Of a stretch of DNA of 64,000 nucleotides, positions 47,987 to 57,915 are shown piece by piece. Under the pieces are notes generated by a model that was given only the letters and a program-made list of their open reading frames with translations, was not told the DNA's origin and searched no databases. Source of the stretch: a virus; the IMG/VR virus record IMGVR_UViG_3300021087_000857, positions 46,271-110,270 of that record; one strand, 5' to 3'. How positions within the stretch are numbered: the stretch's first letter is position 1; every line of letters starts with the position of its first letter. A program made the translations under genes and the position numbers.

Positions 47987-48332
47987 CGCCCTTTCCTGGC
48001 TTGTAAGATAAATGTTCTCGTTTATCTTTAACTTTTGCCCATTCTTCTGCATCTGGCGGTACATCTTCTGGCCGTGCTAATGTAATATTAGGCCATTCCT
48101 CAGACATGTCTGCATTAAACTTATACCAAAAATCATAATCTTCTCCCTCTAATGCATTGTCTGGAACAATAGCATCTACAGGACATTCTGGTTCACATAC
48201 ACCACAGTCAATACACTCATCTGGGTTAATTACTAAAAAGTTTTCACCTTCATAAAAACAATCCACAGGACAAACTTCTACGCAGTCCATGTGCTTACAT
48301 TTAATACACTCGTCTTTAACTAAATATGTCAC
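47979..48332 (-). CDS. fdxA: FdxA-type ferredoxin
   Basis: [18 protein letters not shown]; [12 protein letters not shown]; WPNIT. Confidence 0.93.
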   Translation of the reverse strand: MTYLVKDECIKCKHMDCVEVCPVDCFYEGENFLVINPDECIDCGVCEPECPVDAIVPDNALEGEDYDFWYKFNADMSEEWPNITLARPEDVPPDAEEWAKVKDKREHLSYKPGKGDE

Positions 48333-48333
48333 C

Positions 48334-48633
48334 TTATACTCCTAAAATTAATTTTGCTTCTTCACTCATCTTATCTGGACCAAAAGGCGGATCAAATGTG
48401 ATCTGAACATCACAAGTTTTTATGCCATCTACCATACATGCATCGTGAACGTCTTGTTTGATTTGGTCTGCCATTGGGCAAAACGCACTTGTTAACGTCA
48501 TTACAATAACAACGTTTGAACTTACTATATTTATTTCATATATTAAACCTAAGTCATATACGTTAATACTGATTTCTGGGTCATATACCTTACGTAAATT
48601 ATCAATAATTACTTGTCTAATTTCTTTAGTCAT
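48334..48633 (-). CDS. sufT: DUF59/SufT Fe-S maturation protein
   Basis: [25 protein letters not shown]. Confidence 0.9.
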   Translation of the reverse strand: MTKEIRQVIIDNLRKVYDPEISINVYDLGLIYEINIVSSNVVIVMTLTSAFCPMADQIKQDVHDACMVDGIKTCDVQITFDPPFGPDKMSEEAKLILGV

Positions 48634-48634
48634 A

Positions 48635-49996
48635 TTAGTAAGACATTTTTTCCTCTACTGCAAACCATACAAAACTGTCTGTATTGTTCACAATATTAAA
48701 CAGTGTTCTTACTCCAAATCCTGCAGCACCTTTTGGTGTTGTTGCTGAACCTTTTTTAGCCCAACACATACCAGCAATATCTAAATGTGCCCATGCAGTT
48801 TTTTTGTCTACAAACTTATATAAGAACTCAGCGGCAGTAGTCGACCCACCATATGGACCTCCAATGTTTTGCATATCTGCAATATCACTGTCGATCATCT
48901 TAGCCCAGTTTTTACCCATTGGCATACGATAAAAACCTTCACCTGCTAATTCACCATTTTTAATAATTGTTTTTTCTAATGTATCACTGTTAGTAAACAA
49001 TCCTGCCATTTCGTTACCTAGTGTTGCAACAATGGCTCCTGTTAGTGTAGCAAGGTCAATAATAGCACCTGGTTTATATTCGTCTTGTACAAATGTTAAA
49101 ATATCTGCAAGTACTAGTCTACCTTCTGCATCAGTGTTTAAATTTTCTACAGTTTGTCCACTTAATGATGTAACAACATCACCTGGCTTAATTGCAGTTC
49201 CATCCGGCATATTTTCTACTAAACCTACAATACCTATTACGTTCTTTTTTAATTTTTTACTAGCAATAGCATGCATGGCTCCAACAACTGCGGCACTACC
49301 GCCCATGTCGTATTTCATATCGCCCATGCCACGTCCAGGCTTTAAACTAATACCACCTGTGTCAAATGTAACACCTTTGCCTACTAGTGCAATTGGCTCC
49401 GCTTCGTTTGGTCCATGTGCCCATTCCATTACAACAACATAACTATCCTTTTCACTACCTTGTCCTACACTTAACAATAAGTTAAGACCCATTTCTTTTA
49501 GTTGTGCTTCGTGATAAATTTTTACGTTAACACCCAATGGTGATAGTTGTTCGTTAATACGGTTAGCATATTCTGATGGATATAAAACGTTTCCTGGCTC
49601 ACTAATCAAATCACGTGCAAAATTTATACTGGTTGATATGCCTGCCGGGTCTGCATCAAATTCTACTTGTGTTGGATCTGTTTTATATTTGTCAAAACTG
49701 TAACTTGCAAGTGCCATTCCTTCATTAATACTGTCCATGTATTTTGTACTAATATCAAATATAATTTCGTTTGCTAGTTTCTTATATTTACTGTACATGT
49801 TACCACCAAGTTCACGTGCTTCTTTTTCACTCTTTGGTGCTGATTTAATTACTGTAATATATTCATAATCTTTGTGTGCAAATCTCAAATCAACAGATTT
49901 GTCTTTCATTTCTTCGACTGCTTTTTTAATATTGCCGCCTAGTTTAGTTGCTTGCTTACTGCCTGCAATTACTATAATTGCTTTAGTTAAAGCCAT
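48635..49996 (-). CDS. pepA: M17 leucyl aminopeptidase
   Basis: VGKGVTFDTGG, MKYDMGG, NTDAEGRL, ATLTGA, HLDIAG. Confidence 0.95.
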   Translation of the reverse strand: MALTKAIIVIAGSKQATKLGGNIKKAVEEMKDKSVDLRFAHKDYEYITVIKSAPKSEKEARELGGNMYSKYKKLANEIIFDISTKYMDSINEGMALASYSFDKYKTDPTQVEFDADPAGISTSINFARDLISEPGNVLYPSEYANRINEQLSPLGVNVKIYHEAQLKEMGLNLLLSVGQGSEKDSYVVVMEWAHGPNEAEPIALVGKGVTFDTGGISLKPGRGMGDMKYDMGGSAAVVGAMHAIASKKLKKNVIGIVGLVENMPDGTAIKPGDVVTSLSGQTVENLNTDAEGRLVLADILTFVQDEYKPGAIIDLATLTGAIVATLGNEMAGLFTNSDTLEKTIIKNGELAGEGFYRMPMGKNWAKMIDSDIADMQNIGGPYGGSTTAAEFLYKFVDKKTAWAHLDIAGMCWAKKGSATTPKGAAGFGVRTLFNIVNNTDSFVWFAVEEKMSY

Positions 49997-50031
49997 AGTT
50001 TCTCCTTATTGAATAGTTGTTAGTAATATAT

Positions 50032-50060
50032 ATTTTACTTTATATTGACTGATTTGTCAA
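50032..50060 (-). promoter_or_regulatory. sigma70-type promoter with TTGAC-N6-GTCAA inverted repeat
   Basis: TTGACA-17-TAAAAT; inverted repeat at 50045-50060. Confidence 0.65.
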
Positions 50061-50064
50061 CGTT

Positions 50065-50808
50065 TTATTGTGGCAGAATTGAGGCCATCCAGTGCTTTAT
50101 TTCTTTATAATTAACACTGTTTTGAGGTACGTTAAGTACCCTATTATGATCTACTGATTTACGGAATATACTACTAGAAAACATTTTAGCATATATTTCT
50201 TTTTTAAATCTTTCTTCCATTTTAGGTTCGTAAAACTTCTTCTTTCTCTCAAATGCCCATACATCTGCTATACTTAAATCTTCTTTTCTAGTTTTTAATA
50301 TGTTTAAAAATGCTGAATATTCGTTATCTTTGGGAATAACATCATTATAATTATTCATGTCTATATCTGTGTTAGCAATTTCAATATAATTTTCTGTAGC
50401 AGAATTAGGTTCATGTATAATATTAATAATCAAACTATTAGGGAAATGTTCTAATAACTTATTAGGCATACTGTGTGTGCAATATATTACTCGTTGCCCA
50501 TTATTAATAATATCATCACCACCTGCTTGAGTGAATAGTTCATCAAATAATTTGTAATATTGTTTCTCATTAGGCATGTACTTTTCTACAAAATCATGTG
50601 TTGGTGGAAGTGTACCTTTTGATGTTGATCTATCAAAATAGTGTTTATTTTTATTATTTACTTTTGATATATTCCATGGATTAATTCCATTTACTTCAGA
50701 ACTGTACCAATACATACACGGCATAGTTGCAATTACTCTTGCTATTTTGTGACAGTTTGTTCCTGGCTCTGAGCTAATGAATATATGTTTGTCGTTTATT
50801 TTTCTCAT
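50065..50808 (-). CDS. hypothetical protein, sulfotransferase/P-loop-like
   Basis: N-terminal IFISSEPGTNCH loop, YCTH, LIINII. Confidence 0.45.
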   Translation of the reverse strand: MRKINDKHIFISSEPGTNCHKIARVIATMPCMYWYSSEVNGINPWNISKVNNKNKHYFDRSTSKGTLPPTHDFVEKYMPNEKQYYKLFDELFTQAGGDDIINNGQRVIYCTHSMPNKLLEHFPNSLIINIIHEPNSATENYIEIANTDIDMNNYNDVIPKDNEYSAFLNILKTRKEDLSIADVWAFERKKKFYEPKMEERFKKEIYAKMFSSSIFRKSVDHNRVLNVPQNSVNYKEIKHWMASILPQ

Positions 50809-50811
50809 AAT

Positions 50812-52182
50812 TTATTCAAATTCAATTTGTTCTTCTGGTGGCAGTTTTGAAACATAAAATATATATTGTTCATTATCTGCATATATAATATTTATCTTCT
50901 TTTTATGTACTTGCCAACCAGAAAATACATCAGGTCTTCCTTCTTTTAGTCTTTGGAAGAATTTTGAGGACTTATCTCTAGACCAAAATATAATTTTACC
51001 TCTTATGTATGTCATTACCCATCGTAGTTCTTCAAAATCGTCATTCTTATCTAGTTGTGTAGTACCATCTGTTTTATATTGATCAAAAGCAAAATATCTA
51101 GAAAATACTCGTACACTTGATTTGTTTACTGTTTGTACTCCACTGCAAAATACTGGTTTTTCTCCATCAAATACAAAATTGTACATAAACATTTTATCTA
51201 AATGTAATCCTTTTCTGCTATAGTTGTCTGCTAATCTATGTGAGTGTCTTTCTTTTTCCATTTGAAGTAACGCAACTTGACATAAAGTTTGATCACGTTG
51301 ACTTAATTCCATATTTAATTTACCTTTAAAAATATATGGTATAACTTTAAGTCCACATGGTAGTATTTCTGTTCTAGGAGGACCTGCTAATACACCAAAT
51401 TCACTATCCCAATTAGACCATTCTGGATTATCATCTTCCCATAACTTAATACAACTTACTATTCTGCGTCCACTGAATATATCAAGGTCTAATTTCCAAG
51501 AATCATATTCATAATATTTTTCTTTGTATAAATGAAGTTTATCTTCAATAGTGTTTAGTTCTAAATCTTCTCTCCAACATTCTTCTCTTTGATCTTTTAA
51601 AGGTTCTTGTATAATTGCATTATTGGCTGCATATGCTTTTTGCATATTATCAAAATACCATAAATGTTCTTCTGGTTCGTATAATAATACACCAGACCAT
51701 ATCATAACATCTACATCAAAGTTTACACCAAACTTCTCATCTTTATCTTTGTCTTTAAAATCATTCCAAGATAAAACTCTATACTCAATGTTATTAAATT
51801 CTTGCCATGTTTCGTTTGCATATTGAATTGGTTGCGTAGAAGTATCAAATCCCATATAACGATAATCTGTATAGCCTTTAGCATGCAGTATATCATTGAC
51901 AGGTCCGTGTCTACATCCAACGTCAATTATTCCTTTCCAACCATTTTTAATTATAAGATCTGCTTGCTTTTCAAATAGTGCATATGCTTCTGGCGTATCT
52001 AAATAATCCATAGACCGCATTGGGTAATCTTGTTGTAATGGAATTGATTGTGTATCTATTGTAACTGGAAGTCTTGGAAATGGTATACCATTAACATAAT
52101 TAGTTTCTATAAATTCATATGCAACTTCATCAGGTGAATGCTTTTTTGGTGTTTTTTCTACTTTTTCCACTTTTCTTCCCAT
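50812..52182 (-). CDS. class I methyltransferase domain fused to an unknown C-terminal domain
   Basis: IIDVGCRHG, YMGFDTS, SGVLLY. Confidence 0.7.
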   Translation of the reverse strand: MGRKVEKVEKTPKKHSPDEVAYEFIETNYVNGIPFPRLPVTIDTQSIPLQQDYPMRSMDYLDTPEAYALFEKQADLIIKNGWKGIIDVGCRHGPVNDILHAKGYTDYRYMGFDTSTQPIQYANETWQEFNNIEYRVLSWNDFKDKDKDEKFGVNFDVDVMIWSGVLLYEPEEHLWYFDNMQKAYAANNAIIQEPLKDQREECWREDLELNTIEDKLHLYKEKYYEYDSWKLDLDIFSGRRIVSCIKLWEDDNPEWSNWDSEFGVLAGPPRTEILPCGLKVIPYIFKGKLNMELSQRDQTLCQVALLQMEKERHSHRLADNYSRKGLHLDKMFMYNFVFDGEKPVFCSGVQTVNKSSVRVFSRYFAFDQYKTDGTTQLDKNDDFEELRWVMTYIRGKIIFWSRDKSSKFFQRLKEGRPDVFSGWQVHKKKINIIYADNEQYIFYVSKLPPEEQIEFE

Positions 52183-52766
52183 GTGTTATATGACTCTATC
52201 CATTTTTTAGGCATGTGCTTCCACCCATCATCTGTTTTAACTTCGTTAGGCATTACAGTATTAAATATTTCTTCTCGTTCTTTTTGCAACCATTCAGTGT
52301 TTCCAGGTACACATTGATTCCACCCATCATTCTTTACAAATGAGTTATAAACTATGCCACCCATTTTATCTTGTAGCAAATGTTTAGTCATTTCAAAATG
52401 TCTATCACCTGCATTTTTATAAGAGGGAGTAAATGTTATAACATATATTGGCTTGTTAAAAAATGCACCATCTTGTCCTAAATCAGCATTATAATTACTT
52501 GCACAAATTAACCAATCCATTGCATTTTTAAATCCTGAACTGTAATGTGCAGTCATTTCTGGAATAGCAAATACTAATATGTCTGAACCTTGTAATGCAT
52601 TAATAAAATTATGTACACTTGTTGGTACATTGCCATCTGCAATATTTACATCACACATGGGCATACTAAAATCGCTCATATCCCAAACATTATCAAGGTC
52701 TAATAATTTTAAACCTCGAGTGTTCATTGAGTTTTTTGCGTAACTAAAAGATATTCCTGTAATCAC
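52158..52766 (-). CDS. NAD(P)H-dependent FMN reductase-like protein
   Basis: GISFS..NSMN; FAIPEM...SGFKNAMDW; FFNKP. Likely GTG start at 52766. Confidence 0.8.
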   Translation of the reverse strand: MITGISFSYAKNSMNTRGLKLLDLDNVWDMSDFSMPMCDVNIADGNVPTSVHNFINALQGSDILVFAIPEMTAHYSSGFKNAMDWLICASNYNADLGQDGAFFNKPIYVITFTPSYKNAGDRHFEMTKHLLQDKMGGIVYNSFVKNDGWNQCVPGNTEWLQKEREEIFNTVMPNEVKTDDGWKHMPKKWIESYNTWEEKWKK

Positions 52767-53538
52767 TGGCAACTCTCCATAATAACCTATTATTGTCATA
52801 CACTGGTGTTCTTCTATGTAATGATGAAAATTGATCCATTAATAATAGATCACCTTCTTTGAATATGTGATGTGTTTGGTGTTTTGATTTAAATATAATT
52901 TTCTTTAAATCTTCTATAATTGGCTCGTAATCATCAACTTTTTTCTTACCTTCCCATATATCGCAAATAAAATGATATGGAAAATAAAAATATTCTTCAC
53001 CAGTGTGTGGATGTATACCTACTAACTTACGTATTGATCCTTTACTTGCACTCATAAATTCTAGTTCAGGATCGTCCTCTTCTAAATGATATATAGTATC
53101 ATTTTTAAATTTTAATTTAATAGTAAGACTTCTGTAATACTCTTTTTTCTCTTCTGATAATTCAGCAAATGGTCTAGTTGTATTACAAATAGATAAACAA
53201 GTATTGTCATCTTCTTTAACACAATATAACGCAATTAATATTTTGTCAACGTTGTGTCTTGAGTTACCGTTTGAATGCCAGCCAAGTTCAGTATCACCAA
53301 ACATGCCTAACTTCTTACCTTCTTCATCTTTCTTGCCTGTTACTAGAAAAATTTCAGGTGTTTCTTTTGGGTTCATGAATAAGTCTGGTGTTTCACATTC
53401 ACCTATACTTTTCATTACTGTAGCAAGTTCTTCTGCAGATAAATCTTGCTCGTGCCATATACTGTGTCCCACTATTTGGGTTTCAGTTAAGGCTTTCTTA
53501 AGTTCTTCTTTATTATAGTTCGATATTTTCAATGTCAT
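52744..53538 (-). CDS. TauD/TfdA-family dioxygenase
   Basis: LGWHSNG, HPHTGE, GDLLLMDQFSSLHRR, RLLWR. Confidence 0.8.
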   Translation of the reverse strand: MTLKISNYNKEELKKALTETQIVGHSIWHEQDLSAEELATVMKSIGECETPDLFMNPKETPEIFLVTGKKDEEGKKLGMFGDTELGWHSNGNSRHNVDKILIALYCVKEDDNTCLSICNTTRPFAELSEEKKEYYRSLTIKLKFKNDTIYHLEEDDPELEFMSASKGSIRKLVGIHPHTGEEYFYFPYHFICDIWEGKKKVDDYEPIIEDLKKIIFKSKHQTHHIFKEGDLLLMDQFSSLHRRTPVYDNNRLLWRVASDYRNIF

Positions 53539-54145
53539 CCTGTCCGTCCAAACTAAACATAAACGCTATACGTGTTTCGTCGCTTTCGTTAAATACTCCG
53601 TGAGCAAAGCCTGTATTAAAGAAATACGCTTTACCTGGCTCTAAATATGTTTCTACTTCTTCACCTCTAACTTTAAATTTATTCTTAACACCAGGATTTG
53701 AATATACTGGTATAATTACCCTAGTAGCATATGTTGGATCATAATCAATATGCATAGGTACATCAGTTTTAGGATCAAGTTTAGTAATTCTAACTCTCAT
53801 TTTATCACATTTAAATTGATCAACGATTTCTTCGAAGTAACTACCTAAGAGTTTATCGTTTGGTTTATTATATAGTTTCTCTTCACCTCTGCGAAGACGT
53901 TCTTTAATGCTATCAGTGTATGGCAACTCTTCACCGTTAAGCTCAGTTAAGTTTATTTGTTTAAAATTATCATAAACAGATTTACTTAATGCCATATGGT
54001 TATCACATAACATCTTATTAGCAGTTTTTACATCCACATATTCGTTAGCAAGTTTGTCTGTTGCGGCTTGAAGTTTCTCCAAGTCTATTTTAATATGTGT
54101 AAGTTCACCGTGTGTTGGTAATTTATACTTTGTTCTGGGTTGCAT
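53513..54145 (-). CDS. Asp/Asn beta-hydroxylase-like 2OG-Fe(II) oxygenase
   Basis: RVRITKL..HID; NTGFAHGVFN; RI. Start at 54145 after AGGAG. Confidence 0.78.
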   Translation of the reverse strand: MQPRTKYKLPTHGELTHIKIDLEKLQAATDKLANEYVDVKTANKMLCDNHMALSKSVYDNFKQINLTELNGEELPYTDSIKERLRRGEEKLYNKPNDKLLGSYFEEIVDQFKCDKMRVRITKLDPKTDVPMHIDYDPTYATRVIIPVYSNPGVKNKFKVRGEEVETYLEPGKAYFFNTGFAHGVFNESDETRIAFMFSLDGQDDIENIEL

Positions 54146-54836
54146 TTCTTTTCTCCTTTTTCTGGCCAACAATTGTACCAGGTATTGCCCAATACTTTTC
54201 AGCTAGGTATCCACCTAGATCATATTTTCCAAGTCTTAGTTTCCAAGGATATAAGTGATGTTGTCTGTGATATCCATCACCGCCTAGGATCCAATTCATC
54301 CATGGACCATCTAGTCCTTTGTTATCATCTCTATTCCAATGCCCAAGTATGTTTAACATTCCAAATCCTACTTTAGCAAACATAAATGGTAAGAATGCAG
54401 CACCCCACCATACATATGGACTAATTAAAAAGGTTACAATCCACCAACCTGCTAAGAAATGTTTCCAATACTTATGGCCCCACACTAAACGTGGGTTGCT
54501 GTATAAATCTCTTGCATATTTTATTGGTATTTTAGGAATATCCCAAATAGTTAACGCTACTCTCCAATAACCTAACTCTTTAAAATTATGTGGGTCTAGG
54601 GGTCCCTCTGTGTCTGCATGATGCATTCTATGGCTTGCTATCCATCCAATTGGAGTACGTACACAAGCGATTAAAATAAGGATTAAAAATCCCCATTCAT
54701 GTGCCGCAGTTGTTTTAAACTGCCTATGGCTAAAGTATCTATGTAATCCTACGCTTACTGCATAGTGAGTAATAATTTGGCACCAGATAAAACCTAAGGC
54801 AGTTGCCCACCAAAAATATTCCCAATTTATTGTCAT
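54123..54836 (-). CDS. membrane fatty-acid (delta-9-like) desaturase
   Basis: His boxes HRYFSH, HRMHH, HRQHH. Confidence 0.9.
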   Translation of the reverse strand: MTINWEYFWWATALGFIWCQIITHYAVSVGLHRYFSHRQFKTTAAHEWGFLILILIACVRTPIGWIASHRMHHADTEGPLDPHNFKELGYWRVALTIWDIPKIPIKYARDLYSNPRLVWGHKYWKHFLAGWWIVTFLISPYVWWGAAFLPFMFAKVGFGMLNILGHWNRDDNKGLDGPWMNWILGGDGYHRQHHLYPWKLRLGKYDLGGYLAEKYWAIPGTIVGQKKEKRNATQNKV

Positions 54837-54896
54837 TGTTTTTTCCTTTTAAATTAGAGCGTGGTTGTCTCTTAACTGCTCTTTTTTGTATGTATG

Positions 54897-54903
54897 TATT
54901 TAT
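54897..54903 (-). promoter_or_regulatory. late-type promoter motif ATAAATA
   Basis: Intergenic, upstream of the desaturase operon. Confidence 0.5.
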
Positions 54904-54966
54904 CTATAAATTTACATATAGTATTTAAACGCTCGATGGCTGGTCATTATCAAAGTACTTTACGAT

Positions 54967-55791
54967 TTAAAGTATTGTGGATATTGTGTCTGAGCCAGTA
55001 TTACGATGAACTTGTATTACCTTTCCTGTATGGTCAAAATCAAAACTAGTAGTTCCTATTTGTATATGATCATGTTGTAAATCTTGCCAAGCATCAATGG
55101 CATATGATCTCCACATATTTTTGTGTTCTAAAAATGTACTACCTTCACTAAATCTCATAAACTGCCAGAACTTATCAGTATGAATATGACTCCAATCCCA
55201 TTCGTGATCTTGTGCATGTGTTCTTATACGTTCTGCTTCTGTTTTAGGGAAAGCTGAATATGTTTCTACTTCTAGTTTCTTTGCTAATACTTGGTTTACA
55301 TGGAATTCTTTTTGAGCAGTTGCCCTGTCTTTGATAACAAAACAATCTCCTGGTGGTTGAAATCCTGGCTCATCAAAGTGTATATAAATTGTTTTTATTT
55401 TCTCATATCCACATAACCATAGTGCCATAAGTCTACCACTACCTGGGTGTACTCTGTATCGCTTATGCCAAGGTTCATGTATTATTTGAGGATGAAATAT
55501 AAGTTCATTGTAATTTATCATTTCGCACAAGTAAAATATTTTACTTACATCTTCTACAATATCTCTGTATTCCATTGAATTATCAGTAATACCTGCATCA
55601 CTAAAGTCCATTACTGCACCAAATGGAACACGTCTAAATTCTTCTAACTTGTGTACAACATCATGCAAAGGCGAATGTAATATGTTCCAATCCACATAAC
55701 TAGACGCAAGAAACCCACCCAATTTTTGGTGATTCTTTAGCCAGTGGTCAAACATGTATTCTCCTACGTATTGTTTCATATATGCAGACAT
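54967..55791 (-). CDS. hypothetical protein (possible ParB/Srx-like segment)
   Basis: PQII...RVHPGSGRLMAL. Confidence 0.55.
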   Translation of the reverse strand: MSAYMKQYVGEYMFDHWLKNHQKLGGFLASSYVDWNILHSPLHDVVHKLEEFRRVPFGAVMDFSDAGITDNSMEYRDIVEDVSKIFYLCEMINYNELIFHPQIIHEPWHKRYRVHPGSGRLMALWLCGYEKIKTIYIHFDEPGFQPPGDCFVIKDRATAQKEFHVNQVLAKKLEVETYSAFPKTEAERIRTHAQDHEWDWSHIHTDKFWQFMRFSEGSTFLEHKNMWRSYAIDAWQDLQHDHIQIGTTSFDFDHTGKVIQVHRNTGSDTISTIL

Positions 55792-55792
55792 C

Positions 55793-56497
55793 TTATGCCT
55801 CGCATATGATACCTGCTATATTAGTATGCCAGTCCTCGCCAGGATGATCGTTATCCCTTGCTGGCGGAAATTCTGACTTTGGTAAATCAAATATAGTTAA
55901 TTGATTTAGTTTAATGTTGTTAACCACACAATATGAAGTTAATAACATTTTATTCTTTTTAAAATTATATTCGTCTGCACTACTATTTGATAGCATTGCA
56001 TAATTGCTATTCCAAGTTGGGTTTTTAAGTTCTTCCTTGATAGCAGTTTCAGATAGACTTCTAAATTTATCTAGTCCACCATTTTCTTCAATATGTTCTC
56101 TGCGTTCTTTGAAGGTCCATAGTACATATATTTGTTCAGGCTTGAATGTTTTACAATATGTGATTGCCAGTCTTGCTATTTGATCGTTACTTGCACCATT
56201 TTGTCCAAGATTTACAATACCTAGCATACTTGGCCAAGTAAAGTTAACACCATAACCAAATGTGTAACTACACCCAAAGGCCGCGGTTGCTTCCATTTCA
56301 GGAACTCGTTTGCCTCTGTATCTCCAATCGTTAATAAAGTATTCTACACTGTCTTTGTTATATCCGCCGGCACACCCTAGTTTTTCTTCACCATCATCAA
56401 TCCAATTCCTTGTACCAGGATCATCATGTCCTAATGTGAAGGTACTGAACCAGTCAGATTCAGTATACCTTGCTTCTCTAAAATCTTTGTGATTCAT
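55793..56497 (-). CDS. SGNH/GDSL hydrolase-like protein
   Basis: FGCSYTFG, NLGQNGASND, DNDHPG. Confidence 0.7.
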   Translation of the reverse strand: MNHKDFREARYTESDWFSTFTLGHDDPGTRNWIDDGEEKLGCAGGYNKDSVEYFINDWRYRGKRVPEMEATAAFGCSYTFGYGVNFTWPSMLGIVNLGQNGASNDQIARLAITYCKTFKPEQIYVLWTFKERREHIEENGGLDKFRSLSETAIKEELKNPTWNSNYAMLSNSSADEYNFKKNKMLLTSYCVVNNIKLNQLTIFDLPKSEFPPARDNDHPGEDWHTNIAGIICEA

Positions 56498-57246
56498 TAA
56501 CTATCTTCCTTGTTTAAATTAATATCGCCGTTTTTACCAGCAGTTATAATCTTCTTATAATACTCAAATGCTTCATCAAACGTATCAAAATTAGCTCGAC
56601 AATAAGATTTTCGTTCCACAAACTTACTACCAAGTATTTCTTTGAGCACTGAGGTTACTTCAGGATAGTTAGAGAAGTCATTATCTAATGGTTTTCCTTT
56701 TAGTTCAACTTTAAGATCAAATACTTCTTTTGTTGACGTTCTTGTAGAAGTATTTCCACCTAGAATGATATTAAAATTTGAAAACATTAATCCTGAATAT
56801 GCCCAATTTCGACAAGCAATTTTAAACCATTCAGGATGTTCTTCTGTTTTCTTTTCAAAAAATTCTCTCCATTCAACCCAATCTTTTTCTTCTTTACGAA
56901 CCTTGTTTACATCTTCGTCACTATCAAGTCCTAAATCAACTTCTGGATATCCACTAACTGCCATAAACTTAGTTCCACGGGCTATTAAAGTTTGATCTTC
57001 ATTATCCTGATCAAACCATTCACCATCGAGTCTATTTGGAAGTATTGCGTGTAATTGTTTTTCAACTTTATTTGTGTCATCACCTGTTTCAAATGCTTTA
57101 ACAATAGTATAACCTATTGTCATTTTAGTATTATTAAGTTGAGATTCTCTTTGAGCAAGGTCAACAGTTCTACCTACTTTAATTTCATTAATATTGCTAA
57201 TATCTTTACCGTGTCTGTGAAAATACTTTCCAAAATAAATGTACAT
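56497..57246 (-). CDS. T5orf172/GIY-YIG-like nuclease domain protein
   Basis: YIYF, IKVGRT, RESQLN, EKQLH, GEWF. Confidence 0.75.
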   Translation of the reverse strand: MYIYFGKYFHRHGKDISNINEIKVGRTVDLAQRESQLNNTKMTIGYTIVKAFETGDDTNKVEKQLHAILPNRLDGEWFDQDNEDQTLIARGTKFMAVSGYPEVDLGLDSDEDVNKVRKEEKDWVEWREFFEKKTEEHPEWFKIACRNWAYSGLMFSNFNIILGGNTSTRTSTKEVFDLKVELKGKPLDNDFSNYPEVTSVLKEILGSKFVERKSYCRANFDTFDEAFEYYKKIITAGKNGDINLNKEDS

Positions 57247-57257
57247 TTAACCTCCTG

Positions 57258-57914
57258 TTAGTTCCATTTATAAAATATATGTGTTCCTACTGTTGTTACT
57301 TTCATCATTCCACGACTGTTTGCCCAATATGGTGAAACGTTAGTAGTATGATAATGTGTTGCACCTTCAGTAATATCAATTGCACCATTTTTTGCAAAAT
57401 CACTTAAAATAATGTGTGCAATTTCTGTTGCAACATTAACTGAGTGTTGGTCATACATATTATCTGCTTTCCCATCACAAAACCAACTAAATTGACATTG
57501 GTTTTTTACAGGATAAAATACACGATGTTCTTGAGCAACATTTGGATTGTCTCGTGTCTTCCAGCTTTCTCGAACTGGTCCTTGTTTAACAACTTCACAA
57601 ACTGAATTTGGATAACGATCGTCTAAAACACGATTCATTACTACCATGCTTGTTGCATACATACCTGCGTAGCCATCGCTACGTGCTTCAAAGTACATAT
57701 TTTCTGTTAAACAGTTTATATCATCTTGTGAATAAAGTTGTTCACTTATGTTTATATCTTCAATTGATTCTGCAACATCAAGAATTTGAATAGTTGGCTC
57801 AACACCAGTAGTATCTGCCGCAGTTGGCGGAGACGGATAAAACACAAACAAGCCTACAATTAGAAGGCCTATTAGTGTTAAACTATTAACTGTAAATGAT
57901 AAGATTCGTAGCAT
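57258..57914 (-). CDS. SleB-like cell wall hydrolase (Hydrolase_2)
   Basis: CLTENMYFEAR, VVMNRV, YPNSVCEVV, CQFSW, GATHYH, HIFY. Confidence 0.92.
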   Translation of the reverse strand: MLRILSFTVNSLTLIGLLIVGLFVFYPSPPTAADTTGVEPTIQILDVAESIEDINISEQLYSQDDINCLTENMYFEARSDGYAGMYATSMVVMNRVLDDRYPNSVCEVVKQGPVRESWKTRDNPNVAQEHRVFYPVKNQCQFSWFCDGKADNMYDQHSVNVATEIAHIILSDFAKNGAIDITEGATHYHTTNVSPYWANSRGMMKVTTVGTHIFYKWN

Positions 57915-57915
57915 A

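Noticed and set aside
56497-57246. Intron-encoded homing endonuclease
   Set aside because: The ORF is free-standing between intact genes and interrupts nothing, so mobility is unsupported.
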